35,981 bases of DNA from Candidatus Iainarchaeum sp. (GCA_021162685.1 JAGGYF010000038.1:1-35981); one strand, 5' to 3'; numbered from the stretch's first letter, positions 19,504 through 29,553 are shown. The notes: a model not told the origin generated them from the sequence alone. Made by a program: numbers and translations.

Positions 19504-20113
19504 TGTGTTTTAGGCTGTATCCCACAAGCCTTTCCACATCCACTTCCTTTTCTTCCTCTTCTATCTCGTCAAGATTCGCAGATGTGGCTGGTTTATCTGG
19601 GACCGCTGTGCAACATATCGTAGGACGTGTTGATAGTTCAAACGTCCCTATCCTCTTTGCCATCTCCTCAATTTCAATCTTGTCCAACCCAATCAGTGGC
19701 CTTACAATAGGTAGTAGGGATGCACGCTCTGTTACGTATATGTTCTGTAATGTTTGGCTCGCAACCTGTGCAAGTGAATCTCCTGTGACCAAAAAATCAG
19801 CACCAATCTTTTTCCCATAAGTGCTTGCGATTCTGAACATCATTCTTTTACACAAAACGCATGCGAATCTTCTTTTACATGATGAAACAAATGCATTTAG
19901 GTTCTCTCCATGGGGGAAAACAATCAAATCCTTGATATTGCTGTCTTTCTCTTTTAGTACTTCAACTATCTCATAGACCAGGTCCTTTTTTTCTCTGCCA
20001 GAGAACGGATAATTATCAAAAAATACAGGAACAGTTTCAACATTCTTCTTCGCTATTAAGTATGTTGCAACAGGGGAATCTATACCACCTGAAATCAAAG
20101 ATATGCATTTCAT
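19493..20113 (-). CDS. thiI: ThiI-like tRNA sulfurtransferase, catalytic domain only
   Basis: SGGIDS PP-loop, CVLCKR, TGDSLAQVASQT, RPLIG; no THUMP domain. Confidence 0.85.
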   Translation of the reverse strand: MKCISLISGGIDSPVATYLIAKKNVETVPVFFDNYPFSGREKKDLVYEIVEVLKEKDSNIKDLIVFPHGENLNAFVSSCKRRFACVLCKRMMFRIASTYGKKIGADFLVTGDSLAQVASQTLQNIYVTERASLLPIVRPLIGLDKIEIEEMAKRIGTFELSTRPTICCTAVPDKPATSANLDEIEEEEKEVDVERLVGYSLKHIKK

Positions 20114-20959
20114 AGGATCTCCTCGTATACTCTCCTTGCTATACTTTCAGCTTCATCCTTGTTCGCATTTATCAACATCTTCCCATTTTTGTATAACGTG
20201 CATCTTTTTTGGTATTATGCTAAACGCTGCTTTTGCTTTGCATGGCTGTATTGTAAGGAAGTCCATAGCATTTTCTTTTGTTCCACAATCCTTACAATCC
20301 TCTCTTTTCTTAACCTCAACAGTATAAAATGCATTCCTCTTTGCATTATAAATGAATACCTCGTCTTTTAGTACTTTTCCTCCTATAAAAAAATTTATTA
20401 CTTGCATAACTTGTACACTTGAAATCATAGAAACCACAGCAGGTATTGCACCAACTACCCCACACGGGTTATCCGAACCATTTGGAATGAAACATCTTAA
20501 ACATGCACTTTTATGTATGAACATGACTTGCCCATCATAGCCAGAAACAGATGCATAAACAAGAGGGATTTCCATTTTGATACACATACTATTCAACAGG
20601 TATTTTGTTGCAAATGTGTCAGTACAATCTAGCACAATATCTACATCTCTTATATGCTCCTCCCTGGCCTTTTTGGTTATGTAAGTTACATCTATGCCTG
20701 GATTGTGTTCCCTCAAACGTTTTGCTAGTACCTCTGCTTTGTTTTTTCCTATATCCCTCTCAGAAAATAAAGGACACCTATGGAGATTGCTTGCCCCAAC
20801 ATTATCATGGTCAATCAACACCAGGTTTATCCCAGATAAACAAAGGAGCAATGATGAGAAGTTTCCAAGACCACCACATCCAACAATAGCTGCTCTTTTC
20901 TCTCTCAATTGCTCATGATTTTTCTTCCCAATAGCCACTATCTGCCTTGAATAGTCCAT
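20110..20959 (-). CDS. ThiF/MoeB/HesA family adenylyltransferase, C-terminus frameshifted
   Basis: YSRQ, GCGGLG, SNLHR, DCTD, CLRC, CKDC. Main frame stops at 20153; a plausible true end (CTLYKNGKMLIN...EEIL*) lies in the +1 frame to 20110. Confidence 0.85.
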
Positions 20960-20960
20960 T

Positions 20961-21413
20961 CTAATACCTGAAGCTTTCCAATGCCTCAAATATATCATCT
21001 TGCGACAATATCCCAACAAGCTTTCCGTTATCTATAACTGGTAACACTTGCTGTTTATTTCTATACATTTTAAGTGCAGCTGCCCTTATAGTGTCCTTTG
21101 GAGAAACAGATGCATGACACTTTTTCATGATGTCCTTTATAGTTTTTGGAAAGAAGCTCATTCCAAGTAATGGTTCGGTGAGTATTTCCTGTTCTGAGAT
21201 GTCTCTTGGGTCAATCACTAATTTCAATAGGTCTTGCTCATTAACAATGCCCACAAAGTTATTGTTTTCATCAAATACGGGCAGTATAACAACGCCATGC
21301 CCTTTAAGTTTGCTCATGGCATCCCTTATATCATCTGTAACCTTGACATATGGATAGTTCTTTTCCATAAGCTCCTCAACAGTTGTTTTCCTCAATCTTT
21401 CTAATGGGTCCAT
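20961..21413 (-). CDS. CBS-domain pair protein
   Basis: LPVFDENNNFVGIVNEQD and LPVIDNGKLVGILSQDD. Confidence 0.92.
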   Translation of the reverse strand: MDPLERLRKTTVEELMEKNYPYVKVTDDIRDAMSKLKGHGVVILPVFDENNNFVGIVNEQDLLKLVIDPRDISEQEILTEPLLGMSFFPKTIKDIMKKCHASVSPKDTIRAAALKMYRNKQQVLPVIDNGKLVGILSQDDIFEALESFRY

Positions 21414-21472
21414 GCAATCACTCCAAAGATATATATATCAACATATATTTAAATATCCTACTGAGTGGTACA

Positions 21473-22286
21473 ATGGTGAGAACACTCATATTCAAGCCAG
21501 ATAAAGAAGTGACATCCTTAGTGGATGATTTCTCAAAAGAAGGGAAAAAAGACGTAGTGTGGATGCACCTATACCCTGATGAGGACAAGGTTATTGATAC
21601 AATCATAGAAGAGATGGGGCAGGACGAGGAATTCCAGGAGGATCTCCTTGAGGAGCAGAGACCAAGATTAACAAACTTCAAAAACTTTTCAGTTGTTGTT
21701 TTTGCTGCTCCATTACTTGAAGGTTTGTTGCAGCTATCATTCATAATATCAAAACGGAAGATTATATCTGTATCTAATATCAGAAGTGAGACCATAGATA
21801 AGCTGATGACAGAATACGAGCATTCAGAGGCATATGTTACTCCATCAAAGATACTTTCAGATGTTTTAGGGGAGCTTGTTGAAGAGATAATAAAAACAAT
21901 TTTCGTTCCAGAATTCAAAGATGTTGAAAGCAGACCTTGAAGTTGTTAGGGAAATAATATCCGGAAAAGCAAAGTTTGTAAAACAGTCTGATTTTGATGC
22001 ATATATTGAAGATAGATTACTTTTCGCTATTGATTCCATTGATACAATACGGGAATCACTAAACAACATATCCAATCTTCACCTAACAAATCTCTCCCAT
22101 AGAATGAACGAGAGCATGCATAAGTTAACAGTCATTGGTTCTCTGCTACTCATCCCAACAGTTATCGCAAGCCTATTTGGTATGAATGTTGCATTACCTC
22201 CTCTTGACTTCTGGACAATCATTGTCATTTCTGTTATACTATCCATGATAATGGCTGCAATCCTCAAAAAGATTGGCTGGATTTAG
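21473..22286 (+). pseudogene. corA: CorA family Mg2+/Co2+ transporter, split
   Basis: N part 21473-21940 (EEQRPR) and C part in another frame with MNESMHKLT...FGMN and two TM helices. Confidence 0.82.
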
Positions 22287-23127
22287 AGAGCAGTCCAAGA
22301 ACAAACGCAGCAGCCTGGCTTGCTGTCATTGATTTATCAGATTTTGGGCCCAAATGCACAACTTTATCACACCTTCTCAGTGTATCTAATGAGAGGCCTC
22401 TTTCATGGTTTCCGAATACAAGAGCAGTTGGGCTGTTTATCTCTGGCAACTCCTCATCGCCCCACAAAGAAAACCCGATACATGCCATGCCCTCAATTGC
22501 CTTCTCCGTAGTAGGATATACTCTCATATCTATTGGAAATTCCTCAAGCGCAAATTTCGCTCTTGAGAGCGCATCCAGTGTTCTATAATCATTGTTTGTT
22601 GAAACTCGCAGTTCAACACCAAACACATGGCATAATCGTATAAAACCTACTATCTCCTCCACGGTTTTTGGCGATTCAAGCACAATAATTATGTTACCTA
22701 TCTCAGCAGGTTTTTCACTTATTATCCCTAGACGCACATGGATTTTTTCATCTTGAAGCAGTCCTACATATACCTTGTTCTTTGCCCCCTCCTTTTCGCT
22801 CGTGTCCAACAAGCTCTGGATTCCTGAAAGAGATTGAGAAAATAACTCCAATGATATATTGTGGATGTTATGCTTCTCACAGAATCTGTTTATCATGTTT
22901 ACGGCATCTTCAATATTATCACAATGTTCTTCAACTAATATAGGTATAGTATACGCTATTCCCACTATCTGCTCTTTTATATTTCCTTCCACCAACAACC
23001 TGTTTTTTGGTGACCAACTATCCACCTCTACGCTATACCCTCTTTTCACCAATTCATCAATAACACTCCTCTTCTCCTCCGGAGATAAATATCTTACAAG
23101 CGAAACAAGGGTTTTCATTATTGCCAT
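22264..23127 (-). CDS. SPOUT (SpoU/TrmH-like) RNA methyltransferase with N-terminal extension
   Basis: ALVFGNHERGL, CDKVVHL, SMTASQAA. Confidence 0.75.
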   Translation of the reverse strand: MAIMKTLVSLVRYLSPEEKRSVIDELVKRGYSVEVDSWSPKNRLLVEGNIKEQIVGIAYTIPILVEEHCDNIEDAVNMINRFCEKHNIHNISLELFSQSLSGIQSLLDTSEKEGAKNKVYVGLLQDEKIHVRLGIISEKPAEIGNIIIVLESPKTVEEIVGFIRLCHVFGVELRVSTNNDYRTLDALSRAKFALEEFPIDMRVYPTTEKAIEGMACIGFSLWGDEELPEINSPTALVFGNHERGLSLDTLRRCDKVVHLGPKSDKSMTASQAAAFVLGLLSKSSQSF

Positions 23128-23200
23128 TTATGTATTCCATCATTTAAATTATTGGTACTATGGCATACCTTTTTATTTGTTAAAATCAAAAAGACCACCC

Positions 23201-23404
23201 ATGAATGTCACGAAAGACTCCAATTTAGCAGAGGTTGTGCAAAGGCATCCAGAGACAATCCCCGTATTTATGAAATACGGCCTTCACTGTATAGGGTGTG
23301 CCATAGCAAGCTTTGAGACAGTAGAACAAGGAGCGATAGCACACGGCATTGATGCAGATAAGCTTATAAAGGAGTTAAATGAAGTAATAGAAGAGGAGGG
23401 ATAA
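23201..23404 (+). CDS. DUF1858 / hybrid-cluster-associated redox disulfide domain protein
   Basis: HPETIPVFMKYGLHCIGC...ETVEQGAIAHGID. Confidence 0.9.
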   Translation: MNVTKDSNLAEVVQRHPETIPVFMKYGLHCIGCAIASFETVEQGAIAHGIDADKLIKELNEVIEEEG

Positions 23405-23405
23405 T

Positions 23406-23579
23406 ATGGTAGAAGTTGATCAAAACCTATGTATTGGTTGTGGAGCGTGTGTAGCGATATGCCCACAAGTTTTTGAAATGAGGAATGGAAAGTCACATGT
23501 AAAAGACCCAAATGGCTGCGACAAGTGTGACTGCAAAGCAGCAGCAAGCTCTTGTCCCGTCCAAGCAATCAAACTTTAA
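23406..23579 (+). CDS. Monocluster ferredoxin, 57 aa (not in ORF track)
   Basis: MVEVDQNLCIGCGACVAICPQVFEM...CPVQAIKL; GGAGG RBS. Confidence 0.93.
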   Translation: MVEVDQNLCIGCGACVAICPQVFEMRNGKSHVKDPNGCDKCDCKAAASSCPVQAIKL

Positions 23580-25107
23580 TTGCCTTTTCTTTTGGGATAA
23601 GTGACTTATACTCAGGATGAACAAACCCTTCAAACCTTTCGTCTTCTTTTATTTCTCTTGAAAACTTCTTCTCAAACTTGCTTCTATGTAAAGAATTGTA
23701 TGAACAGAATGGAATAATTTTATGGTCTGGTGTTACGTAGTGTATCACGCATCTCTCAACCCTTTCAACATCAAAATTATATGGATCCATGAAGTGCATT
23801 GTCCCAATAAATAGAATATTCTGCTTGTGGAATCTTGCAGCTGATGCAAAGTCCCCACCTACAATTATGTCCTTAAGTAATGAAAGCAGCGATTTACTCT
23901 CTTTTATTTTATCTAAATAAATTATAGAAGGAGCATTTATGAACAATCTCGCTAATGCATCCATCTTACCTTTTGAATGCTCAGAAACTTCAAGCAAACG
24001 CTTGACATTAATCAATCTTGTTATCGGAATAACTTGGTCCCCGTTCACATACACATATGTGCCTGCACCACACGCTGGATGTGTGCTTAGTTCTGGATAT
24101 ACTCCTTTTTGCGTTCTTTTCAAGAAATCAATCAGAGGAGTGATCGCTGGAATAGTGACAAAATCACTTGCTTTTATCTGTCCATATGTCTGTTCTTCAA
24201 TATCATGTAAAAGGTCCGGAATTGTAATCCTTTTCTTCTTCAATTCGCTTTTGTTGATTCTACCTGCAAATGATACTGGTTGGAAATTGACACCAGCTAC
24301 TACATCATTGTTCTTCATCGCAAATCGGATTATATCTCCAACTTGTTGGTCATTCACGCCCCTAACAACTGTTGGCACAAGTACAACATTTGGTCTGCCA
24401 CACTCTTTGTTGACTTTCCTAACATTTTTTATCACTTTTTCTTTTATAGGAAGCGCATTAAATCCTCTCGCAACAATATATGGTTCTTTTGTAACTCCGT
24501 CAAATTGCAGGTATAGGGTATTGGTTCCAGCCTTTGCCAACTTTCTAAGATAGTCAATGTCCTTTGCCAGTCTCAAACCATTTGTTGCAATCAAAATCTC
24601 TTTAAACCCTCTGTTTCTAGCTATTTTTACGATTTTTGGTAGGTCATCTCTTACAGTAGGTTCACCACCTGCAAACATAACAGCATAACATCGTGGTTTC
24701 TCTTTTGCAACAACATCCAACATCTTTTTTATCTGTTTAACAGTTGGCTCATATACATACCCAGCAGCATTCGCATTTGCAAAGCAGATAGGACACCTCA
24801 TATTACATCTATTTGTTACATCAATAAGGGCAAGAATTGTTGAACTTTTATGGTTTGGACAAAGCCCACAATCAAAGGGACAACCATTCCTCCTCCTTGT
24901 GTTTGGGTTTTTAACTCCTTCTTTTGTCTGGAAACTTCTCATATATTCGTAGTAAAGCGAAGCATCTCCAAAATACGCATCCTCAAATACTCCATGTTTT
25001 TGGCAACGTTTTTGTATGATTATCTTTCCCCTCTTCTCAATAATCTTTGCTGGTACAGTTTGCAGACATTCTGGGCATAGTGAAAATGTCTCTTTAATTA
25101 GTTTCAT
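23569..25107 (-). CDS. tes: Radical SAM enzyme, tetraether lipid synthase (Tes/GDGT-MAS, MJ0619) family
   Basis: CPEC...CQKH, CPFDCGLCPNH, CNMRCPIC, YLQFDG, NFQPVSF, HPACG, MHFMDPYNFD...RCVIHY...IPFC. Confidence 0.85.
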   Translation of the reverse strand: MKLIKETFSLCPECLQTVPAKIIEKRGKIIIQKRCQKHGVFEDAYFGDASLYYEYMRSFQTKEGVKNPNTRRRNGCPFDCGLCPNHKSSTILALIDVTNRCNMRCPICFANANAAGYVYEPTVKQIKKMLDVVAKEKPRCYAVMFAGGEPTVRDDLPKIVKIARNRGFKEILIATNGLRLAKDIDYLRKLAKAGTNTLYLQFDGVTKEPYIVARGFNALPIKEKVIKNVRKVNKECGRPNVVLVPTVVRGVNDQQVGDIIRFAMKNNDVVAGVNFQPVSFAGRINKSELKKKRITIPDLLHDIEEQTYGQIKASDFVTIPAITPLIDFLKRTQKGVYPELSTHPACGAGTYVYVNGDQVIPITRLINVKRLLEVSEHSKGKMDALARLFINAPSIIYLDKIKESKSLLSLLKDIIVGGDFASAARFHKQNILFIGTMHFMDPYNFDVERVERCVIHYVTPDHKIIPFCSYNSLHRSKFEKKFSREIKEDERFEGFVHPEYKSLIPKEKAIKV

Positions 25108-25303
25108 GTTTTCGCCTCTTCGTGAGTTCTTTGTATTCCTTTTCTTCATCTTCCCAATCGTTTTTTGTTGTATCCTCTTCTAATGACCTTATCCTATCCT
25201 CAATCTGATCCTCTGGTGCGTTTGTCATGGTTTCTTCTAATGCAAGTGCATCCTCTAAAACATTTTCATATATTCTCGGTGTTGGACTCTTCTTTTTTGC
25301 CAT
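25094..25303 (-). CDS. Small charged hypothetical protein
   Basis: 69 aa, TATA about 25 nt upstream, overlaps the tes start. Confidence 0.6.
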   Translation of the reverse strand: MAKKKSPTPRIYENVLEDALALEETMTNAPEDQIEDRIRSLEEDTTKNDWEDEEKEYKELTKRRKHETN

Positions 25304-25376
25304 GCCATATTATATGCTAAACCTATTTATGTAGTTTACCACAAAATTTTTAAACTTCTGCCCCCTATTTCCCACT

Positions 25377-26294
25377 ATGAGGGCAATAGCACTAGTATTT
25401 GTGCTAATACTAACACTTGGGTGCATTTCTTCTCCACCTACAGGAAAAGAGGGCATAAGGAAGGCAGTAAATGAGGCACCCTACTCCTCAAGTGTTGTGA
25501 TATACGCGAACATTGATAAATTATTATCAGATGACAATATACAAGCAAAATCAAACATACCCCCAGAGGCCATGCAACTTACTTCACTGGTAAAATACGC
25601 ATACGTTATAATAATTGATAACGAGCCTGTTGTGGTCGTTGATGCATTTGGATTGGACATCCTCATAGGCCTTCTCTCATTCACAAAAAACATACAAAAG
25701 GTCACATATGAAGGCCACACATTATATGTTATGGATGATGGAAACGCCTTTTATCACATAGGAGATAAAGTATACTTCTCAAAAATAGATACATTAAGGC
25801 ACTATATAAATCGCATGAAAGAAGAAAGCAAAGCAACACCAAAATTTGAATCAGTAATCACAAATATGAGAGATGGAGACCTTATGGTTTTGTTTTCTGG
25901 TCAAGAACCGTTCAAACGTGGGGGCATCGCAGTGCAATTCAAGAAGGGTCCTGACCACATCTTCATTGTTGCGGAGATGGAAAGTCCAGAAACAGCACAG
26001 ATGATGGCGTCAGTGATACCATCACTTGTTTCTTCTGATATTGAACTAGTTAGCGTGGATACAAAAGGCAATAGATTGTTTGTTGAGATGTACGGAACAT
26101 TGGATTCATTACAGAAGGCTTTTGAGAAGAAGCCACAATTAGCACCAGACCAGCTAATTGAGACAATTGAGAATACGCCTGGAAACTGCACAACACCCGA
26201 GGAATGTAGTGCGTATTGTGAAGAACATCCAGAAGAGTGTGAGGAATGGCTCTCAGAGCATCCCGAGATTTTAGAGGTTCAAGGCAGTTTATAA
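25377..26294 (+). CDS. Putative lipoprotein with C-terminal Cys motif
   Basis: MRAIALVFVLILTLGC lipobox; PGNCTTPEECSAYCEEHPEEC. Confidence 0.75.
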   Translation: MRAIALVFVLILTLGCISSPPTGKEGIRKAVNEAPYSSSVVIYANIDKLLSDDNIQAKSNIPPEAMQLTSLVKYAYVIIIDNEPVVVVDAFGLDILIGLLSFTKNIQKVTYEGHTLYVMDDGNAFYHIGDKVYFSKIDTLRHYINRMKEESKATPKFESVITNMRDGDLMVLFSGQEPFKRGGIAVQFKKGPDHIFIVAEMESPETAQMMASVIPSLVSSDIELVSVDTKGNRLFVEMYGTLDSLQKAFEKKPQLAPDQLIETIENTPGNCTTPEECSAYCEEHPEECEEWLSEHPEILEVQGSL

Positions 26295-27586
26295 CTCTCT
26301 AGTTCATTTTTTAAAAGTACAATTACTTCTTTAGGTTCAACGCAGTAATCCAATCTTTTTAATGTCTCCCCAACTAAGAAATTTAACAGTTGTGTTTTCC
26401 CTTTTAGATACTTTTTCACCTCTTTTGGATGGCTTTCTATAACCTCTCTTATGACTCTTGTTACTTCTTTTTTTGAGATACTTCTCATCTCTATTTCTTG
26501 CTTATTATCTAGCATCGCTCTTAATTTTCTTTTAGCTATCGCCCTCGTAATTTTTCCATGATACATATCAGCTAACAACTGAGCAATCCCATTTGCACTA
26601 ATTTCCACATCTGAAAAGGATATCGACCTATAATGCAACTCACCCATCAATTCGGTTTTAATCCAATTAGCAACGAATTGAGGAGGCAGTTTTTTTGAAA
26701 GGGAAAAGAACAATTCAGTTAGTTTCCAATCAGTTGTTAGAACATTTGTTTCTTCTTTTTTCAGCCCCAAGCCTTCCAAGTTTTTCTTAACTTCTTCCAA
26801 TGGTTTTGGCAAATAAACTCTAATTTCTTTGATGTCTACTGGAGGGAGATCAGGATCAGCAATAAATCTGTAATCCTCAACAGTCTCCTTTTCTCTAAGT
26901 GATACTGTTTTTCCTGTTGTTTCATCAAAATGCCTTGTCTCTCTTTTAACCTTCTTGGATTGATTTAACAATTTTGTCTGCCTTTTTATTTCATAAGCTA
27001 ATGCGGTTTCAACCCCTTTTATAGAATTTATGTTTTTGATTTCTACCCTTTCTGAACCAAGGGATATGTTTGTGTCTACCTTGAATATACCTCTGCCTAC
27101 TCTCAAATACGACAGTAAGTGTCTCAATTCCAACAAAAACTCTTTTGCTTGTTTTGGGGATTTCATATCTGGTTCTGTAACAATTTCTACAAGAGGGACA
27201 CCACTCCTATTCAGATCAATAGTTTTTTTCTTTGGGTCATATCTTCCAGCGTCCTCCTCCCAGTGTACCTCCCTTATCCTAATACCCATAAACTCTCCAC
27301 CCACAGCAAAAGGAGAGGATGTTCTTTGGTAATTATTTGGCAAATCTGGATAGAAGTAATGTTTGCGCATGGTTGTTACTCTATCCAACATTTTGCAATT
27401 GAGGGCTTTGCCAATTATAAGTGCTTCTTCAACAGCCTTCATATTTGTGGCCATGGGTTTTGCGCCTGGCTGTCCTGTACAAACTGGGCAGATATTTGTG
27501 TTAGGGAGCGCTTCGGTAACTGGACAAGAGCAGTACATCTTAGACTTTGTATTCAAATATACATGTACCTCTAGTCCAATCTTCAT
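26279..27586 (-). CDS. gatB: Asp-tRNA(Asn) amidotransferase subunit B
   Basis: MKIGLEVH, CPVCTGQPG, RKHYFYPDLP, NRSGVPLVEIVTEP, DYRF. Confidence 0.96.
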   Translation of the reverse strand: MKIGLEVHVYLNTKSKMYCSCPVTEALPNTNICPVCTGQPGAKPMATNMKAVEEALIIGKALNCKMLDRVTTMRKHYFYPDLPNNYQRTSSPFAVGGEFMGIRIREVHWEEDAGRYDPKKKTIDLNRSGVPLVEIVTEPDMKSPKQAKEFLLELRHLLSYLRVGRGIFKVDTNISLGSERVEIKNINSIKGVETALAYEIKRQTKLLNQSKKVKRETRHFDETTGKTVSLREKETVEDYRFIADPDLPPVDIKEIRVYLPKPLEEVKKNLEGLGLKKEETNVLTTDWKLTELFFSLSKKLPPQFVANWIKTELMGELHYRSISFSDVEISANGIAQLLADMYHGKITRAIAKRKLRAMLDNKQEIEMRSISKKEVTRVIREVIESHPKEVKKYLKGKTQLLNFLVGETLKRLDYCVEPKEVIVLLKNELESYKLP

Positions 27587-28854
27587 TTTTCCATCTCCTT
27601 AGCTGCCCTTAGTAGACTATGCTCCTGAAACTTCTTTCCTACAAGTTGCATCCCAATCATTTTCCTTACAGGTATGGAGATTGCAGGCAGTCCAGCCAAT
27701 GCAGGAAAACCTGTGCATATGTCACTCATATACTCTTCTACGGGGCTAAGTTCATCTTCTAATTTCCAAGGTAGAACAGGCATTGTAGGGGTTAATATAA
27801 AATCCGTTTTGTTCATAATCTTTGAAAGTTCCTTCTCAACAACTCTTTTTCCATTTAGTGCTAAGGAATACCACTTATCTTTATGTTCCTTTAGAGTGAT
27901 ATATGTGCCAAGCAAAATTCTTCTCTTTACCTCCTCAGAGAGCACAGCTCTTTTTTCGCCAAAGAGTACGCCATCAAATTTCTGCATTGCTGAAGAAAAT
28001 TCTGAGAACATTAATAGATAGTATGTGGGAACTGCATATTTTATTTTACCAAAGTTTACCTCTCTTATATCTGCACCCAAGTTTGAGATCCTTTCCACTT
28101 CCTTTTCAAAAGCATCTTCAACTTCTGCTTGTAGTTCTAATCCTCTAAAGATTGTGATAGTGCTTTTGCTTAGAATAGGCTCATCCAATCCTTTGGTATA
28201 ATCACACTTTGTTGTCTTTACAGTAGTACAATCTCTTGGATCCAACCCAGTTATAAATGATAAAATATATGCAACACCATAGACATCTCTTGCCATAGGC
28301 CCAATTGTATCAAGACTCATACATAGGTCCATTAATCCGTATCTTGAAACAAGACCATATGTAGGTCTCAAACCAACGACACCACAAAACGCGGCTGGCG
28401 CCCGCACAGAACCAAATGTATCTGTTCCTAAAGCAAAGTCACACATACCAGTAGCTAGTGCAACAGCGTTTCCAGAAGAAGATCCACCCGGTACTCTGGA
28501 TTCATCTATTGGGTTCCTTGTTACACCAAAGTCAGAAGTACTGCCTGAAGATCCTGCTCCAAAGGGATCATGCGCAGTTTTTCCAATGATATAAAATAAA
28601 TCCCTACATTTTCTGACCACAGTTGCATCATATGGGGCGACATAATCCTTTAATATCTTTGAAGAACTTGTTGCTCTCATACCCTTTACACAAATGTTAT
28701 CTTTAACTGCTAATGAAAGTCCCTCTCCTTTTTCTTCATTAATAGATATGAAAGCATGTAATCTTCTATTTAATTTATTTATGATTCTCTTCTGCTTTTC
28801 TATCCTCTTTTCTAAGTTTACTCCTCCTTGGACCAAATCCTTACTGGATATCAA
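27583..28854 (-). CDS. gatA: Amidotransferase subunit A
   Basis: AVKDNI, PGGSSSG, GTDTFGSVRAPA, EVKRRILLG; start uncertain (TTG 28854 chosen). Confidence 0.93.
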   Translation of the reverse strand: MISSKDLVQGGVNLEKRIEKQKRIINKLNRRLHAFISINEEKGEGLSLAVKDNICVKGMRATSSSKILKDYVAPYDATVVRKCRDLFYIIGKTAHDPFGAGSSGSTSDFGVTRNPIDESRVPGGSSSGNAVALATGMCDFALGTDTFGSVRAPAAFCGVVGLRPTYGLVSRYGLMDLCMSLDTIGPMARDVYGVAYILSFITGLDPRDCTTVKTTKCDYTKGLDEPILSKSTITIFRGLELQAEVEDAFEKEVERISNLGADIREVNFGKIKYAVPTYYLLMFSEFSSAMQKFDGVLFGEKRAVLSEEVKRRILLGTYITLKEHKDKWYSLALNGKRVVEKELSKIMNKTDFILTPTMPVLPWKLEDELSPVEEYMSDICTGFPALAGLPAISIPVRKMIGMQLVGKKFQEHSLLRAAKEMEK

Positions 28855-29074
28855 AATATTTTCTTGCTTTGACATACCTACCACTGAACGTAAAAACATC
28901 TTCGCATTTTTCAACACGGTCATCTCTGAGATAACCTTCTTTTCTCAAATCACTTCTTATTTGTTTTAGATTGTGTAGTTGACTCGCCCATTTTAGAATC
29001 TCTTTCATATCCTCCTCAAATTTTACTTTCTCCTCGTCTGTTAATTCGATTCTGGCGATTCTAGCAACTTTCAA
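28841..29074 (-). CDS. gatC: Amidotransferase subunit C
   Basis: VARIARIEL, LRDD; directly upstream of gatA; N-terminus short. Confidence 0.82.
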   Translation of the reverse strand: MKVARIARIELTDEEKVKFEEDMKEILKWASQLHNLKQIRSDLRKEGYLRDDRVEKCEDVFTFSGRYVKARKYFDIQ

Positions 29075-29514
29075 TCATATTCCTCCTTAACTGTTGAGAA
29101 AGAAGTTATTGTTAAAGTTTTCTTTACTCCCTTCATTGCACGTATCCTATCCAATATTAAATTACCAAGTTGCTCTATACTCCTCCCTCTTACTTTCAAG
29201 AGAATATCCCACTCTCCTCCTACTATATGTACCTCTGTGACTCCTTCTATATTAGCTAGTTTCCTGGCTAGCTCTCTTTGTGACACCTCTTTGTTTGGTT
29301 CGTATGCAACAAGTAAGAATATTGTTATTGGGTTACCTATCAGTTTGTTATCTACAACTACAGTATATCCTTTTATTATCCCTGCTTCACGCATCCTTTT
29401 TATTCTATCGTATACTGTACTCCTTGGAAGACCAAGTTCTTTGGAGAGCCTTTTAATACTCTTACTAGCATCCTTTTGCAGTTTTCTTAGTATCTGCAGG
29501 TCTTTTTTGTCCAT
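29071..29514 (-). CDS. Lrp/AsnC family regulator
   Basis: MDKKDLQIL, LPRSTVYDRIKRM, VGGEWD. Confidence 0.94.
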   Translation of the reverse strand: MDKKDLQILRKLQKDASKSIKRLSKELGLPRSTVYDRIKRMREAGIIKGYTVVVDNKLIGNPITIFLLVAYEPNKEVSQRELARKLANIEGVTEVHIVGGEWDILLKVRGRSIEQLGNLILDRIRAMKGVKKTLTITSFSTVKEEYD

Positions 29515-29553
29515 GAACTACTATTTTGTCCGAACATATATAAATATTTTGTG

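Noticed and set aside
20204-20210. Programmed -1 frameshift at A-AAA-AAG in thiF
   Set aside because: The -1 frame stops within about ten codons; the plausible continuation needs +1 and sequence seems missing.
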